Origin: a virus
Taxonomy: Duplodnaviria > Heunggongvirae > Uroviricota > Caudoviricetes
DNA length: 64,000 bases
IMG/VR virus record: IMGVR_UViG_2974538492_000001
Span: 1-64,000 of that record
Direction: 5' to 3' (one strand)
Within the stretch, counting starts at the first letter, position 1; every line of letters begins with the position of its first letter. Shown piece by piece: positions 6,975 through 15,405 of this stretch. A program made the position numbers and the translations under genes. Under the pieces are notes generated by a model. It saw nothing but the letters and a program-made list of their open reading frames with translations, made no database searches and was not told the origin of the DNA.

Positions 6975-7832
6975 ATGGGTAAGTTCATTAGTTATGGTAT
7001 TCTTGCGATTATTGTATTCGTTGGCTTGGGTGCATTGTTTGGTTCGTGGTACACGGTTGATCAGCAAGATCGTGGGGTAGTACTAACGAATGGTAAAATT
7101 ACCAGTATTGCAGAACCTGGTTTGAACTGGAAAATGCCATTTATGGATTCTGTTGTACAAATTCCAGTCACTGGACAAAATAAAAGTTATTCGAATCTAA
7201 AAGCATATAGCCGAGATCAACAACCGGCAGATATGACTATTTCTGTATCATTCTCAGTCCCAGCGGCTAAGGTAGGGGAATTATATAGTACTTTTGGTGA
7301 TATTGACAATCTAACTACTCGTGTTATTGATCGTCAAGTACCACAAGCTGTTGAAAATGTTTTTGGTCAGTTTAATGCGATTTCAGCAGTACAAGATCGT
7401 AATAAGTTAGTTACTAACTTAAACATTGCAATTAAAAAGGCAATGGAAAACTACCCAGTAGTAATTGAGAGTGTACAGGTTGAAAACCTATCATTCAGTC
7501 CAGCATATGAAAAATCAATTGAAGAACGTATGCAAGCAGAGATCGCAGTTACAAAGCGTGAACAGGACTATGCACAGGCTAAAATTTCAGCATCTATCAC
7601 AGTTGCGAATGCACAAGCTGACGCTGATAGCCAGTTAGCAAAGGCAACGGCAGCAGCTAAAGCAACACGCCTACAGGGTGAAGCTGATGCAGCAGCAATT
7701 AAGGCGAAGTCCGAAGCACTAAACAATAATCCACAACTTGTACAGTTGGCGGCGGTGGATAAATGGGATGGTGTACTACCTACTCAAATGGTTCCATCTG
7801 CTACAGTGCCGTTTGTGAATCTAAACAAATAA
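6975..7832 (+). CDS. SPFH/band-7 (prohibitin/HflKC-like) domain protein with N-terminal membrane anchor
   Basis: N-terminal TM (ILAIIVFVGLGALFG); ordered alternation of hydrophobic and charged residues typical of the SPFH fold; Ala/Gln-rich coiled-coil C-terminus (QAEIAVTKREQDYAQAKISASITVANAQADADSQLAKATAAAKA). Confidence 0.7.
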   Translation: MGKFISYGILAIIVFVGLGALFGSWYTVDQQDRGVVLTNGKITSIAEPGLNWKMPFMDSVVQIPVTGQNKSYSNLKAYSRDQQPADMTISVSFSVPAAKVGELYSTFGDIDNLTTRVIDRQVPQAVENVFGQFNAISAVQDRNKLVTNLNIAIKKAMENYPVVIESVQVENLSFSPAYEKSIEERMQAEIAVTKREQDYAQAKISASITVANAQADADSQLAKATAAAKATRLQGEADAAAIKAKSEALNNNPQLVQLAAVDKWDGVLPTQMVPSATVPFVNLNK

Positions 7833-7845
7833 GTACTATCACAAA

Positions 7846-7872
7846 AAGCCTCGCATTGTCGAGGCTTTTTAT
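7846..7872 (+). terminator. Rho-independent terminator
   Basis: aaaaAGCCTCGcattgtCGAGGCTttttatt. Confidence 0.7.
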
Positions 7873-7880
7873 TATCTGAA

Positions 7881-7937
7881 TAATTAAAATTAAAACGTAA
7901 AAAGTACTTGCATTGCATGAGCGAGTACTTTATAATA
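7881..7937 (+). promoter_or_regulatory. Early promoter module (AATAATTAAAATTAAAACGTAAAAAGTACTTGCAT-N18-TATAAT)
   Basis: Textbook copy of the recurring UP / -35 / -10 module. Confidence 0.6.
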
Positions 7938-7964
7938 CTTACATCAACCACAAGAGGCAACAAC

Positions 7965-8321
7965 ATGAAAACTGAATTTTTCGCGACAAGAACACTGGCA
8001 CGTAACGCGGTAGAAGCTCTTAATGGTAAGTTTAAAGATTTTGGTAAAGATGCTCCTACTGGTGAACGTTGGGGGGTGCTGGTGGATGAAGTACTACCAG
8101 TACAAAAGGAACAACCTGTACTTGCAGAAGAAAAAAGTAATCTTGACGTACACCTTGATTTTCTTAGTACTGTAGCAGAAGATGCAGCAAAAGCATTGAA
8201 TCAGCCAACTGGCATTCGTGGGGAACAAACGTTAACAACACCAAATAAGAAGCCTGTACGGGTTATGTGGCGTCGTTCAATTGTGGCGGTACGTTTGTCG
8301 GCACTACTGGCAAAATCGTAA
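7965..8321 (+). CDS. Hypothetical protein, ~118 aa
   Basis: The ORF track starts at 7908, inside the promoter; the internal ATG at 7965 follows RBS caagaggcaacaacATG and lies after the predicted transcription start. Confidence 0.65.
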   Translation: MKTEFFATRTLARNAVEALNGKFKDFGKDAPTGERWGVLVDEVLPVQKEQPVLAEEKSNLDVHLDFLSTVAEDAAKALNQPTGIRGEQTLTTPNKKPVRVMWRRSIVAVRLSALLAKS

Positions 8322-8332
8322 CACAAACCAGT

Positions 8333-8362
8333 GGGGGCGGTATAATGCCCCCTTTATTAATC
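8333..8362 (+). terminator. Hairpin terminator
   Basis: gtGGGGGCggtataatGCCCCCtttatt. Confidence 0.5.
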
Positions 8363-8370
8363 GAGATCAT

Positions 8371-8613
8371 ATGAAAAAAGTTAAAGTTGATAATACACAA
8401 TTACGCATACATTTCAAGGCACAAACAAAAGTACTTGATAAGGCTATTCGTATTGTGAAAGATTATAATAATGGAAGTGTTAGAGCTAGACGGTTAGGGT
8501 GTGGTTTATTTTCAGTAATAGATGTATCACATAACGAACGGATCGTTATTAAAAATAAAACACTTAATTTAATGACTCATGAACAATATAATAAATTCGT
8601 CGAACGACGTTGA
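8371..8613 (+). CDS. Hypothetical basic protein, ~80 aa
   Basis: The ORF track start at 8281 overlaps the previous gene and the terminator hairpin; internal ATG at 8371 (MKKVKVDN...). Confidence 0.45.
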   Translation: MKKVKVDNTQLRIHFKAQTKVLDKAIRIVKDYNNGSVRARRLGCGLFSVIDVSHNERIVIKNKTLNLMTHEQYNKFVERR

Positions 8614-8669
8614 CATAATCCCCTAAATATGTATAATAATAATTATACACGATTAGGGGATTTTTTATT

Positions 8670-9131
8670 ATGCCTGATAAATTTAAACATAAGAATGGTG
8701 CTACTATAGCAGGTCATGCCGATAAGTGGAGTGATGAAAATCGTTCAAGTACTAGCCATGATGCAGGTCAAGGCAGTAAAGGAAGTAGAAATCAAGGTAC
8801 AGGAATTAAAGGTAAACAAAACGCAATGCCATCACAAGGTATTGATACATCCAAAATGGATAAGTCCGAAAAATTAAAGTACTTTAATTCATTGGGTTTA
8901 CTTCAACCAAAACAAGAATTATCTATTAAAACATGGCCTGAAACATTACGCAAAGTGTTTAAAGATGAACCTGTATACATTAAAGATATTACTACAGCGA
9001 TAAAATCTATTGAACCAGCAAGATATCAACAAGCCATTCAATCAGCATTCAATGCTTATAACGAAATTACAAAACAATCAGATGATGTTTATGATATATA
9101 TGCCGCAATTATGCAAGCATTACAAGGTTAA
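8670..9131 (+). CDS. Hypothetical protein, 153 aa, Gly/Lys-rich N-terminal half
   Basis: ORF after the hairpin aatcccctaa...ttaggggatttttt. Confidence 0.65.
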   Translation: MPDKFKHKNGATIAGHADKWSDENRSSTSHDAGQGSKGSRNQGTGIKGKQNAMPSQGIDTSKMDKSEKLKYFNSLGLLQPKQELSIKTWPETLRKVFKDEPVYIKDITTAIKSIEPARYQQAIQSAFNAYNEITKQSDDVYDIYAAIMQALQG

Positions 9132-9136
9132 AAATA

Positions 9137-9170
9137 AGGGTTGACTTAGGTTAACCCTTTTGCTATTGTA
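9137..9170 (+). promoter_or_regulatory. PeSL-like cassette (aaGGGTTGACttaGGTTAACCCtttt GCTATTGT)
   Basis: Hairpin with embedded TTGACT -35 and an 18-nt spacer to a TATTGT -10-like hexamer. Confidence 0.45.
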
Positions 9171-9197
9171 TCAGTACACAAACATAAGGAATATATT

Positions 9198-9548
9198 ATG
9201 AAAAAGTTATTATTACTCGCTGCATTGTTTAGTACTACAGTTTCAGCTCAAACATTTACATGTGATAACTTTACTCTGTATCAAGGTATCGGGAATAATC
9301 AATACAGACAAGTAGATGATGCAGGTGTACAATCATCTTTGATTATTACTATTGAAAGTACTGAACCATTGATTACCGTTTCTGTACAAGGTGATAAAGA
9401 AGTAGTGCAATTCTGGAAAGATTATAATGTATACAGAAATGTAACTGGTGAAATTTCACAAGATGGTAATAATTTTATAATGAAAACAGCTATACAAGAT
9501 AGTACTGGATTTTATATACCTGTTAAAATTGAGTACCATTGTAAATGA
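9198..9548 (+). CDS. Secreted/periplasmic small protein, 116 aa, with signal peptide
   Basis: MKKLLLLAALFSTTVSA-QTF has the n-, h- and c-regions of a Sec signal; RBS cataaggaatatattATG. Confidence 0.7.
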   Translation: MKKLLLLAALFSTTVSAQTFTCDNFTLYQGIGNNQYRQVDDAGVQSSLIITIESTEPLITVSVQGDKEVVQFWKDYNVYRNVTGEISQDGNNFIMKTAIQDSTGFYIPVKIEYHCK

Positions 9549-9742
9549 AATTATCATTTCAATTTATGCAAAAACGTGTACAGTACTTAAGTACTAAACT
9601 TAAAGCATCATTTGAATTACAATATACTATTAACCAGAATTATCATTTAATGAAGAATGGAAGATTCATTGTTATGGATCAACCGCTTGAAGTACTGGAA
9701 ATAGTAGTAAGTGCATTATTAAGTAATAACATTAAAAAATAA
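9545..9742 (+). CDS. Hypothetical protein, 65 aa, overlapping the previous stop (ATGA)
   Basis: Translational coupling; modest coding signal. Confidence 0.45.
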   Translation: MKLSFQFMQKRVQYLSTKLKASFELQYTINQNYHLMKNGRFIVMDQPLEVLEIVVSALLSNNIKK

Positions 9743-9750
9743 TTAAATCA

Positions 9751-9822
9751 AGGGTTGACAGATGTTAACCCTTTTTGCTATACTACTATCAATCCAGCGA
9801 AATGGACTAACCCTATAGGGTG
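9751..9822 (+). promoter_or_regulatory. PeSL-like cassette (aGGGTTGACAgatGTTAACCCttttt GCTATACT) plus a solo left arm of the IR element (ATCAATCCAGCGAAATGGACTAACCCTATAGGGTG)
   Basis: TTGACA-N18-TATACT; the arm is identical to the 287-320 arm but has no partner. Confidence 0.5.
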
Positions 9823-9864
9823 TATAGTTATGTCAGTACTTTTATTATATGCATAGAAAAAAGA

Positions 9865-9917
9865 ATTTAAAATTAAAATGAAAAAGTACTTGTGTTAGAT
9901 GCTGGAACTGATAGAAT
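9865..9917 (+). promoter_or_regulatory. Early promoter module (AATTTAAAATTAAAATGAAAAAGTACTTGTGT-N17-TAGAAT)
   Basis: UP-like tract, TTGTGT -35, TAGAAT -10. Confidence 0.5.
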
Positions 9918-9947
9918 GTAGTTATTGAAACAACGGGAGTAAATGAA

Positions 9948-10187
9948 ATGGCTAATAAAGAAGTGGAATTTAAAATTAGAAAATGGTCAGATACTAACGG
10001 TCGTCCATTTGATGTAGTGCTGGTGGATCATTTAAAGAACAATCAGCATTTTCAGCCTAATGTTGAATTTAGTACTATCGAACATGCTGAAAAGCATATG
10101 GAAACTTTGAATACTTTAATTCAAAATCATCCTGACCGTATCAACTTTATTCGTGACCATTGGCCTGTTGATGCTGGTATAGAATAA
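9948..10187 (+). CDS. Hypothetical protein, 79 aa
   Basis: RBS aacgggagtaaatgaaATG. Confidence 0.75.
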   Translation: MANKEVEFKIRKWSDTNGRPFDVVLVDHLKNNQHFQPNVEFSTIEHAEKHMETLNTLIQNHPDRINFIRDHWPVDAGIE

Positions 10188-10237
10188 AAATTAAAACGTA
10201 AAAAGTACTTGACTATATCAGTTGAGTACTTTAAAAT
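10187..10237 (+). promoter_or_regulatory. Early promoter module (AAAAATTAAAACGTAAAAAGTACTTGACT-N17-TAAAAT)
   Basis: UP-like tract, TTGACT -35, TAAAAT -10. Confidence 0.5.
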
Positions 10238-10270
10238 AGAATCTTAATTAACGCAATAGGAAACTAAATC

Positions 10271-11164
10271 ATGAAAATGTACAAAGGCATCGCAGGTAAA
10301 GCAATCAAAGAAAACCGTCCACTGCTAAGATCAGAACTGGAATTAGTTGTTCCATCTATCTTTTCAAGTACTGGTCACGAATCACGTTCAGCCCGTTTTG
10401 CACCTGTTGCAACCATCGACGTTGTAGACCGTTTAGCAAAAGAAGGTTATCAACCATTCTTTGCTATTCAGTCCAATGTACGTGACGAATCTAAACGCGA
10501 ATTCACTAAGCATATGCTGCGTTTCCGTCAACATGATGGCAAAACATCCGGCGAATCTAATGAGATCATTCTCGTTAACGCAAATGATGGAACAAGTGCA
10601 TACCAATTAATGGCTGGTCAATTCCGTTTCGTTTGTGCTAATGGTCTGGTTATGGGTAACATGCAACATAACACAAAAATCTATCACAAAGGTAACAATA
10701 TCATGGATGACGTGATCGAAGGCGTCTATTCAGTAGTGAAAGATTTTGATAACATTGAACGTTATAAAGATGAAATGCAACTAATACAACTCAATGATAT
10801 CGAACGTAAAACGTTTGCAACTGCTGGTTATCTCATGAAAGAGGGTATGCCGGAATCAGGTTCAATGGATGACTTTGTATATAATCCATTACAACTATTA
10901 TCACGTTCAGGTCTAAACAGTCAAGACCAGTACGATAATAGTTTGTATAGTACTTTTAATACTGTACAACAACACTTAATCAACGGTGGTCAACGCTCAT
11001 TCATGGAAGATCGTAATGGTCGTACTCGCCGCCGGTCAAGCCGTAGCGTTACTAATATCAATAAGAACATTGATATCAATAGTAACTTATGGCAACTCGC
11101 TACCGCTCTGGTAGAGAAGAATACTAAGGTAGTGCATGATATCGTTGATGCACAATTAGCATAA
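10271..11164 (+). CDS. Hypothetical protein, 297 aa; a DUF932-type phage/plasmid protein is a possibility
   Basis: Long well-formed ORF with RBS aggaaactaaatcATG; family assignment is a guess from size and context only. Confidence 0.75.
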   Translation: MKMYKGIAGKAIKENRPLLRSELELVVPSIFSSTGHESRSARFAPVATIDVVDRLAKEGYQPFFAIQSNVRDESKREFTKHMLRFRQHDGKTSGESNEIILVNANDGTSAYQLMAGQFRFVCANGLVMGNMQHNTKIYHKGNNIMDDVIEGVYSVVKDFDNIERYKDEMQLIQLNDIERKTFATAGYLMKEGMPESGSMDDFVYNPLQLLSRSGLNSQDQYDNSLYSTFNTVQQHLINGGQRSFMEDRNGRTRRRSSRSVTNINKNIDINSNLWQLATALVEKNTKVVHDIVDAQLA

Positions 11165-11187
11165 AAAATAAGTACTAAAATCATATA

Positions 11188-11222
11188 AGGGGTTGACTTA
11201 GGTTAACCCCTTTTGCTATACT
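11188..11222 (+). promoter_or_regulatory. PeSL-like cassette (aaGGGGTTGACttaGGTTAACCCCtttt GCTATACT)
   Basis: The most canonical copy: 8-bp stem, TTGACT-N18-TATACT. Confidence 0.55.
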
Positions 11223-11252
11223 TATTTTATCGAAACAAACGAGGGTTAGTAA

Positions 11253-11588
11253 ATGTTAGATGTATATGTAAGTTCTGATTTAGTTTCAAATGGTAGAAAT
11301 GAATTCGGTACTGAACAAGAAAAAACAGAGTACTACATCATTGCAGAATCTCTAAATGGTCAACGTATTAGATTAGATAGTGTGTCAGTTGTTAATAGAG
11401 AATACACTGATACACAATGTACTGAGTACTTAGAACGTGTAGTTACAAAGATTAAAAATCATTTAGCTGGTGGCGGTAAGTTGAATCAAGATTGTTGGTA
11501 CGAAATAGATCCTTGCTATGGTTCACAACGTTATATCGATTTGGATAGTACTGGTTACTTTTATCAACGTGAGAAACTCGAAGATTAA
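11253..11588 (+). CDS. Hypothetical protein, 111 aa
   Basis: Leader tatcgaaacaaacgagggttagtaaATG. Confidence 0.75.
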   Translation: MLDVYVSSDLVSNGRNEFGTEQEKTEYYIIAESLNGQRIRLDSVSVVNREYTDTQCTEYLERVVTKIKNHLAGGGKLNQDCWYEIDPCYGSQRYIDLDSTGYFYQREKLED

Positions 11589-11596
11589 TAATAATG

Positions 11597-11630
11597 GGGT
11601 TGACTATAGTTAGCCCCTTTTGTTATAATT
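11597..11630 (+). promoter_or_regulatory. PeSL-like cassette (tGGGGTTGACtatagTTAGCCCCtttt GTTATAAT)
   Basis: Hairpin with TTGACT and a TGTTATAAT extended -10. Confidence 0.5.
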
Positions 11631-11659
11631 CTTATACACCATCACGAAAGGAAAGAAAC

Positions 11660-11857
11660 ATGACCAGAGAAGAAAGAATTGAAGCCGCTCATAAAGTACT
11701 GTCATACAAACATCTTGAAATGATGGAAGCTATGGAAAGAGTACTAGGCACGTTTGGCGAAGAAAATAAAGATAAATTCGCCGCCGTATATGATGAAGTT
11801 GAAAACATTCTTTATCCGCATGGTGCGGGTGAAGATGCAGTATACTGCGAAAATTAA
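11660..11857 (+). CDS. Hypothetical protein, ~65 aa
   Basis: The ORF track start at 11594 lies inside the PeSL hairpin; internal ATG at 11660 with RBS acgaaaggaaagaaacATG. Confidence 0.6.
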   Translation: MTREERIEAAHKVLSYKHLEMMEAMERVLGTFGEENKDKFAAVYDEVENILYPHGAGEDAVYCEN

Positions 11858-11869
11858 TAATTGACAAAC

Positions 11870-11898
11870 TCTGTCAGTACTGATATACTGGCAGAATA
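11870..11898 (+). promoter_or_regulatory. sigma70-like promoter TTGACA-N17-TATACT
   Basis: aaTTGACAaactctgtcagtactgaTATACTggc. Confidence 0.55.
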
Positions 11899-11918
11899 TT
11901 AAATCAGAGGATACAATC

Positions 11919-12101
11919 ATGGTTCAAGTAGATATGACTGAATTGCGGAAACGTTGGTATGATCTGGCACGTTCAGGTACTGCTATCACTGGTGATAATA
12001 GAACGCTTTTCAATACACTTGATGGCTGGCAACGTCAAGAATTAAAAAATGCATATCTTAAAGGTATGACAGATGAAGTGCAAGCATGGGATGAAGCATA
12101 A
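11919..12101 (+). CDS. Hypothetical protein, 60 aa
   Basis: RBS atcagaggatacaatcATG. Confidence 0.65.
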   Translation: MVQVDMTELRKRWYDLARSGTAITGDNRTLFNTLDGWQRQELKNAYLKGMTDEVQAWDEA

Positions 12102-12110
12102 TTAAAAATA

Positions 12111-12183
12111 AAGGCTTGACTTAGGTTAAGCCTTTTGCTATAGTACTATCAATGCAGCGAAATGCACTAACCCTATAGGGTGC
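12111..12183 (+). promoter_or_regulatory. PeSL-like cassette (aaGGCTTGACttaGGTTAAGCCtttt GCTATAGT) plus a variant solo left arm (ATCAATGCAGCGAAATGCACTAACCCTATAGGGTGCGG)
   Basis: Compensatory G-to-C changes preserve the stem (GGCTTgac / gtTAAGCC); the arm differs at 2 positions from the consensus. Confidence 0.5.
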
Positions 12184-12204
12184 GGAGCTATGTCTGTAAA
12201 AGAT

Positions 12205-12259
12205 ATTAAAATTCAAATGAAAAGTACTTGACCTATATAGCTGGTGGATGATATATTAT
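12205..12259 (+). promoter_or_regulatory. Early promoter (AAAATTCAAATGAAAAGTACTTGACC-N17-GATATAT)
   Basis: UP-like tract plus TTGACC -35; the -10 hexamer is ambiguous within gatgatatattat. Confidence 0.4.
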
Positions 12260-12288
12260 TAGTACTGGATGCAACCGAGGGCAATACT

Positions 12289-12561
12289 ATGAAAGTTACT
12301 ACACTGATTAAAAAGTTGTTTGGTCAAGACGCAATCGCTGATTATATGGAAGTACTGGAAGAAGATGAAAAACAATCAGTACTCCAGTACTATACAATTC
12401 AATCAGATGAAGATGCAAGTGAACCAGATTACTTTGTTAAGTTATGGCAGGATGGATTGTATACTGTCAAAAACATTAACGGTGAAGTTATCGTGAATAC
12501 ATATAATGTAAGATTACTAAAAGAAAAGTTAAAAGTACTTGCAAACAATCATAAGGTTTAG
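12289..12561 (+). CDS. Hypothetical acidic protein, ~90 aa
   Basis: The ORF track start at 12244 precedes the predicted transcript start; internal ATG at 12289 with RBS accgagggcaatactATG. Confidence 0.6.
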   Translation: MKVTTLIKKLFGQDAIADYMEVLEEDEKQSVLQYYTIQSDEDASEPDYFVKLWQDGLYTVKNINGEVIVNTYNVRLLKEKLKVLANNHKV

Positions 12562-12626
12562 TATTATATATACATCGAACGGGGACAGGGAACATAATGT
12601 TACCGCCTGATTCGGGAGATTCAATC

Positions 12627-13076
12627 ATGAGCGACTTAACTACTTCCCTGCTTTCACTGGCTAAAAACAACGGCGGCAACTTCAAATCAGAAAAGCAATC
12701 TGCTATGTTTAATAGTCTGGCAAGTAATGGTGTGTTAGTTCTCGCTGGTGGATCTGTATATGGTAACACATGGTCATATGAGTTTATCATTGATAGTACT
12801 GGTGTTGTATCAGTCAATAAACTATCTTATAGCAAAGCTGGTGTTGCCAGTACTGAAGCTATGTTCTCACGCGATGGTACTGTTCAGGCTGACCGTAAAG
12901 TTGCACAGGATGATAAGAATACTAAACGTATCAAGCGTGAGATTAAAGGGCTTGAGAAACGTATCAAGCAACGTCAAGCAGAGTATGATGCTGGTCAGTA
13001 TCCCGATGCTGAAATGTTTAATAAAGCTCAGAGAGAAGATAGAGATAATTTGGAAGAGTACCAAGCAATGTTATAA
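12627..13076 (+). CDS. Hypothetical protein, ~149 aa, charged coiled-coil-like C-terminus
   Basis: RBS cgggagattcaatcATG; GC-richer than its neighbours. Confidence 0.6.
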   Translation: MSDLTTSLLSLAKNNGGNFKSEKQSAMFNSLASNGVLVLAGGSVYGNTWSYEFIIDSTGVVSVNKLSYSKAGVASTEAMFSRDGTVQADRKVAQDDKNTKRIKREIKGLEKRIKQRQAEYDAGQYPDAEMFNKAQREDRDNLEEYQAML

Positions 13077-13081
13077 AGTAC

Positions 13082-13110
13082 TTGACATTTATTAAAGCCA
13101 CTGTCATAAT
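13082..13110 (+). promoter_or_regulatory. sigma70-like promoter TTGACA-N17-CATAAT overlapping a hairpin
   Basis: gtacTTGACAtttattaaagccactgtCATAATgtcggtggct. Confidence 0.5.
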
Positions 13111-13141
13111 GTCGGTGGCTTAGTCTATTGAGGAATAGCAT

Positions 13142-13342
13142 ATGTTTAATGTAGTAGGTTGTTTAGGGTGTACCATTGGTAGTGCAGCGTCAGTCGATGA
13201 AGCTATCACACTGGTACGTTCACAGGTGCCAGTAGGTAAGAAGAAGCAGAGCACCATGCGTAACGCTCTCTCTACGCTACGCCAAGGCCAGCAGTACCAT
13301 GTAGACTATGGTCATTCAGGGGTAACCGTAGAGCGGCTATAG
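13142..13342 (+). CDS. Hypothetical protein, 66 aa, GC-rich
   Basis: RBS attgaggaatagcatATG. Confidence 0.5.
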   Translation: MFNVVGCLGCTIGSAASVDEAITLVRSQVPVGKKKQSTMRNALSTLRQGQQYHVDYGHSGVTVERL

Positions 13343-13420
13343 GTAAGCTGTACGCTGTTATATGGCATTTTTAATTTAATTCAAAAAATATTTTATACAG
13401 AATAAAAGTACTTGACTTTT

Positions 13421-13450
13421 GAAATGAGTAAGGGATACCTTAACTTTTCT
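13421..13450 (+). promoter_or_regulatory. Candidate promoter for the paralog array (GTACTTGACT-N17-ATACCT, weak -10)
   Basis: aaaagtacTTGACTtttgaaatgagtaagggATACCTtaac. Confidence 0.3.
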
Positions 13451-13554
13451 GTATAAAATATGTTTGGACTATGCAAAATTTTTTTGCTTACTAAAGGCCA
13501 GTAACGCTTAGCACCCCTATAATCGGGGTATATGTATTACAATAGGAGTAAACT

Positions 13555-14211
13555 GTGGAAGAACCACACACATTACATTTGATCTGGAATAGGCGTAGAA
13601 ATGAAGCTATGCGAAAATATCACGGTGATGGTATAGACAAACCCGTACTTAAACATATCTTCCATGATGTACACCAATCTGATTACTATACTGAATTATT
13701 ACACTACGGGTCACAATTAATTAATTTAAGTACTATTATTATGCCACAGGTATCAATAGTAACAAGTTGGTTCGGAACGATAGGACAGATGGAAATTCCA
13801 TTAGAAAATGAAGTTACTTTTAGCATATACACTGATGGAAATGATGATGCATTAATACTTTCAAAAAAAAGCAATAGAATTTTTCAGTTATTCTTGAGGT
13901 CTAAGAATGCTCATCAGCATGAAATAATGTACGGTAACAACTTCATTGGTAATGACCTAATAGTACTACAAGGTGAACATGTCAATTACGCAGTGAATGT
14001 TAATATAGATACCGAGTTATCAAAAGCAGTTAAAATGGAAACCAAGAAACTCCCAATACAATACAGTACTTCTATAATATATGGTATAACGAATGAACTA
14101 TTATTTTTATATCATATGGATCATATGGATGATACAAATGTGTATTTTAATTTTATACATAGTGCATTATCATCATTAACAATAGAATGCACAAGAAGAG
14201 GTTATATGTAA
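13555..14211 (+). CDS. Paralog-array member 1, 218 aa, GTG start
   Basis: RBS aggagtaaactGTG; N/Y/I-rich; first of a run of tightly packed, overlapping ORFs. Confidence 0.6.
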   Translation: MEEPHTLHLIWNRRRNEAMRKYHGDGIDKPVLKHIFHDVHQSDYYTELLHYGSQLINLSTIIMPQVSIVTSWFGTIGQMEIPLENEVTFSIYTDGNDDALILSKKSNRIFQLFLRSKNAHQHEIMYGNNFIGNDLIVLQGEHVNYAVNVNIDTELSKAVKMETKKLPIQYSTSIIYGITNELLFLYHMDHMDDTNVYFNFIHSALSSLTIECTRRGYM

Positions 14212-14795
14212 TGGATTATAAAAAGATGAAAGATATGTTTTTAAAAACATGGCCTATACTAATACCACGAATGAAAACCACACGTTCATTTTATAAAAGG
14301 ATTAATGATGCATATTATATAGAATATAGAAACAGCAGTCCATATGATTCTAACTATATACTCAGAATATATGGAAATGGAGGAACACGTAATTCAGATA
14401 TATTATATGAACTTAGTTATAATACTATGTTGAAGTACTTTAGTACTTTTACTGATGACTCTATACGTATTGCACACTGGAAGAAAGAATTACCAAGATA
14501 CTATGCATTGAGAGATCCTGATAATGCGAAAGAGAGTGGTGATGGATATACATTCATTCAGTTCCCATGTGATTCTGATTATTTTTTCCAACGTATGACG
14601 GTACAGAATACATTAGACTATGAAGATTATGAATTATGGGATACAGAAGTACTGGTAATGCAAGAAGTACTTAAAGATCATCCAGCATTAAGTATAGGTT
14701 TAGTACTACGAGATGAGTACTTAACACCTGAAGATGTTATTGATATGTGTATAACATTCTTTGATAATTTGGAGAATGAAGATGGCAGTAATTGA
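14211..14795 (+). CDS. Paralog-array member 2 (motif YFFQRMTVQNTLDYEDYELWDTEVLVMQEVL)
   Basis: TAATG stop/start overlap with member 1; the ORF track start at 14187 is an upstream alternative. Confidence 0.6.
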   Translation: MDYKKMKDMFLKTWPILIPRMKTTRSFYKRINDAYYIEYRNSSPYDSNYILRIYGNGGTRNSDILYELSYNTMLKYFSTFTDDSIRIAHWKKELPRYYALRDPDNAKESGDGYTFIQFPCDSDYFFQRMTVQNTLDYEDYELWDTEVLVMQEVLKDHPALSIGLVLRDEYLTPEDVIDMCITFFDNLENEDGSN

Positions 14796-15405
14796 TAATG
14801 TATCATTTTTTACTACTATGTTATATGAATTGTCTTACAATTTTAGCAAAGTACATGGTAAATTACTTAAACAGTATTATTCAGGATATGACAGTTCATT
14901 TGTATACACAGGGGCTAAGTACAGTGATGTTTTTAATAATTACCTACGCTGCATGATAAAATGTACAGAATCGTTTAGTACTATAGAATTCACTATAGGG
15001 TCTAAGGTACATCCGTTATGTATTATCAGGCACAATAAAAGTATGTCTCTTGAATATTCATATACGAATGGTATTAAATTAAATCGTTCAAAAGGTACAG
15101 ATAATGATACAGTACTAAAGTTAATGAGTGCTGGTACTTCTGAATTGATACAATTACCTGGTTCATTAGATAATGATATATTAGAGCCTTGGGAATTTCA
15201 GATGCTTACTAAGTATGACATAGGAACATTTAATATATTTTTGTTAGATGCATGGATAGTTAATGAGTTACCTTTTTACACTGATATAGAAGTTAATTTT
15301 CTTCCTTTTGGAAGTGATACAACATCTGCTCAAAGGGCATGTTTAATAGAAATGTTTACCAGTACAGTACAAGGGTTGATACATGAAGCTTCTAAAGTTT
15401 ATTGA
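14782..15405 (+). CDS. Paralog-array member 3 (motif EPWEFQMLTKYDIGTFNIFLLDAWIV)
   Basis: RBS ggagaatgaagATG; the ORF track start at 14761 is a TTG. Confidence 0.6.
   Translation: MAVIDNVSFFTTMLYELSYNFSKVHGKLLKQYYSGYDSSFVYTGAKYSDVFNNYLRCMIKCTESFSTIEFTIGSKVHPLCIIRHNKSMSLEYSYTNGIKLNRSKGTDNDTVLKLMSAGTSELIQLPGSLDNDILEPWEFQMLTKYDIGTFNIFLLDAWIVNELPFYTDIEVNFLPFGSDTTSAQRACLIEMFTSTVQGLIHEASKVY

Noticed and set aside
8616-8665. Long hairpin aatcccctaa...ttaggggattttttatt as a separate regulatory RNA
   Set aside because: It is best explained as a terminator-like hairpin plus T-run after 8371..8613 whose loop contains a TATAAT; it has no distinctive features beyond that.
12748-13095. Alternative-frame 115-aa plus-strand ORF overlapping 12627..13076
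   Set aside because: It is in a different frame of the same region with poorer composition and no RBS. The 12627 frame has a charged coiled-coil-like C-terminus and a good RBS.
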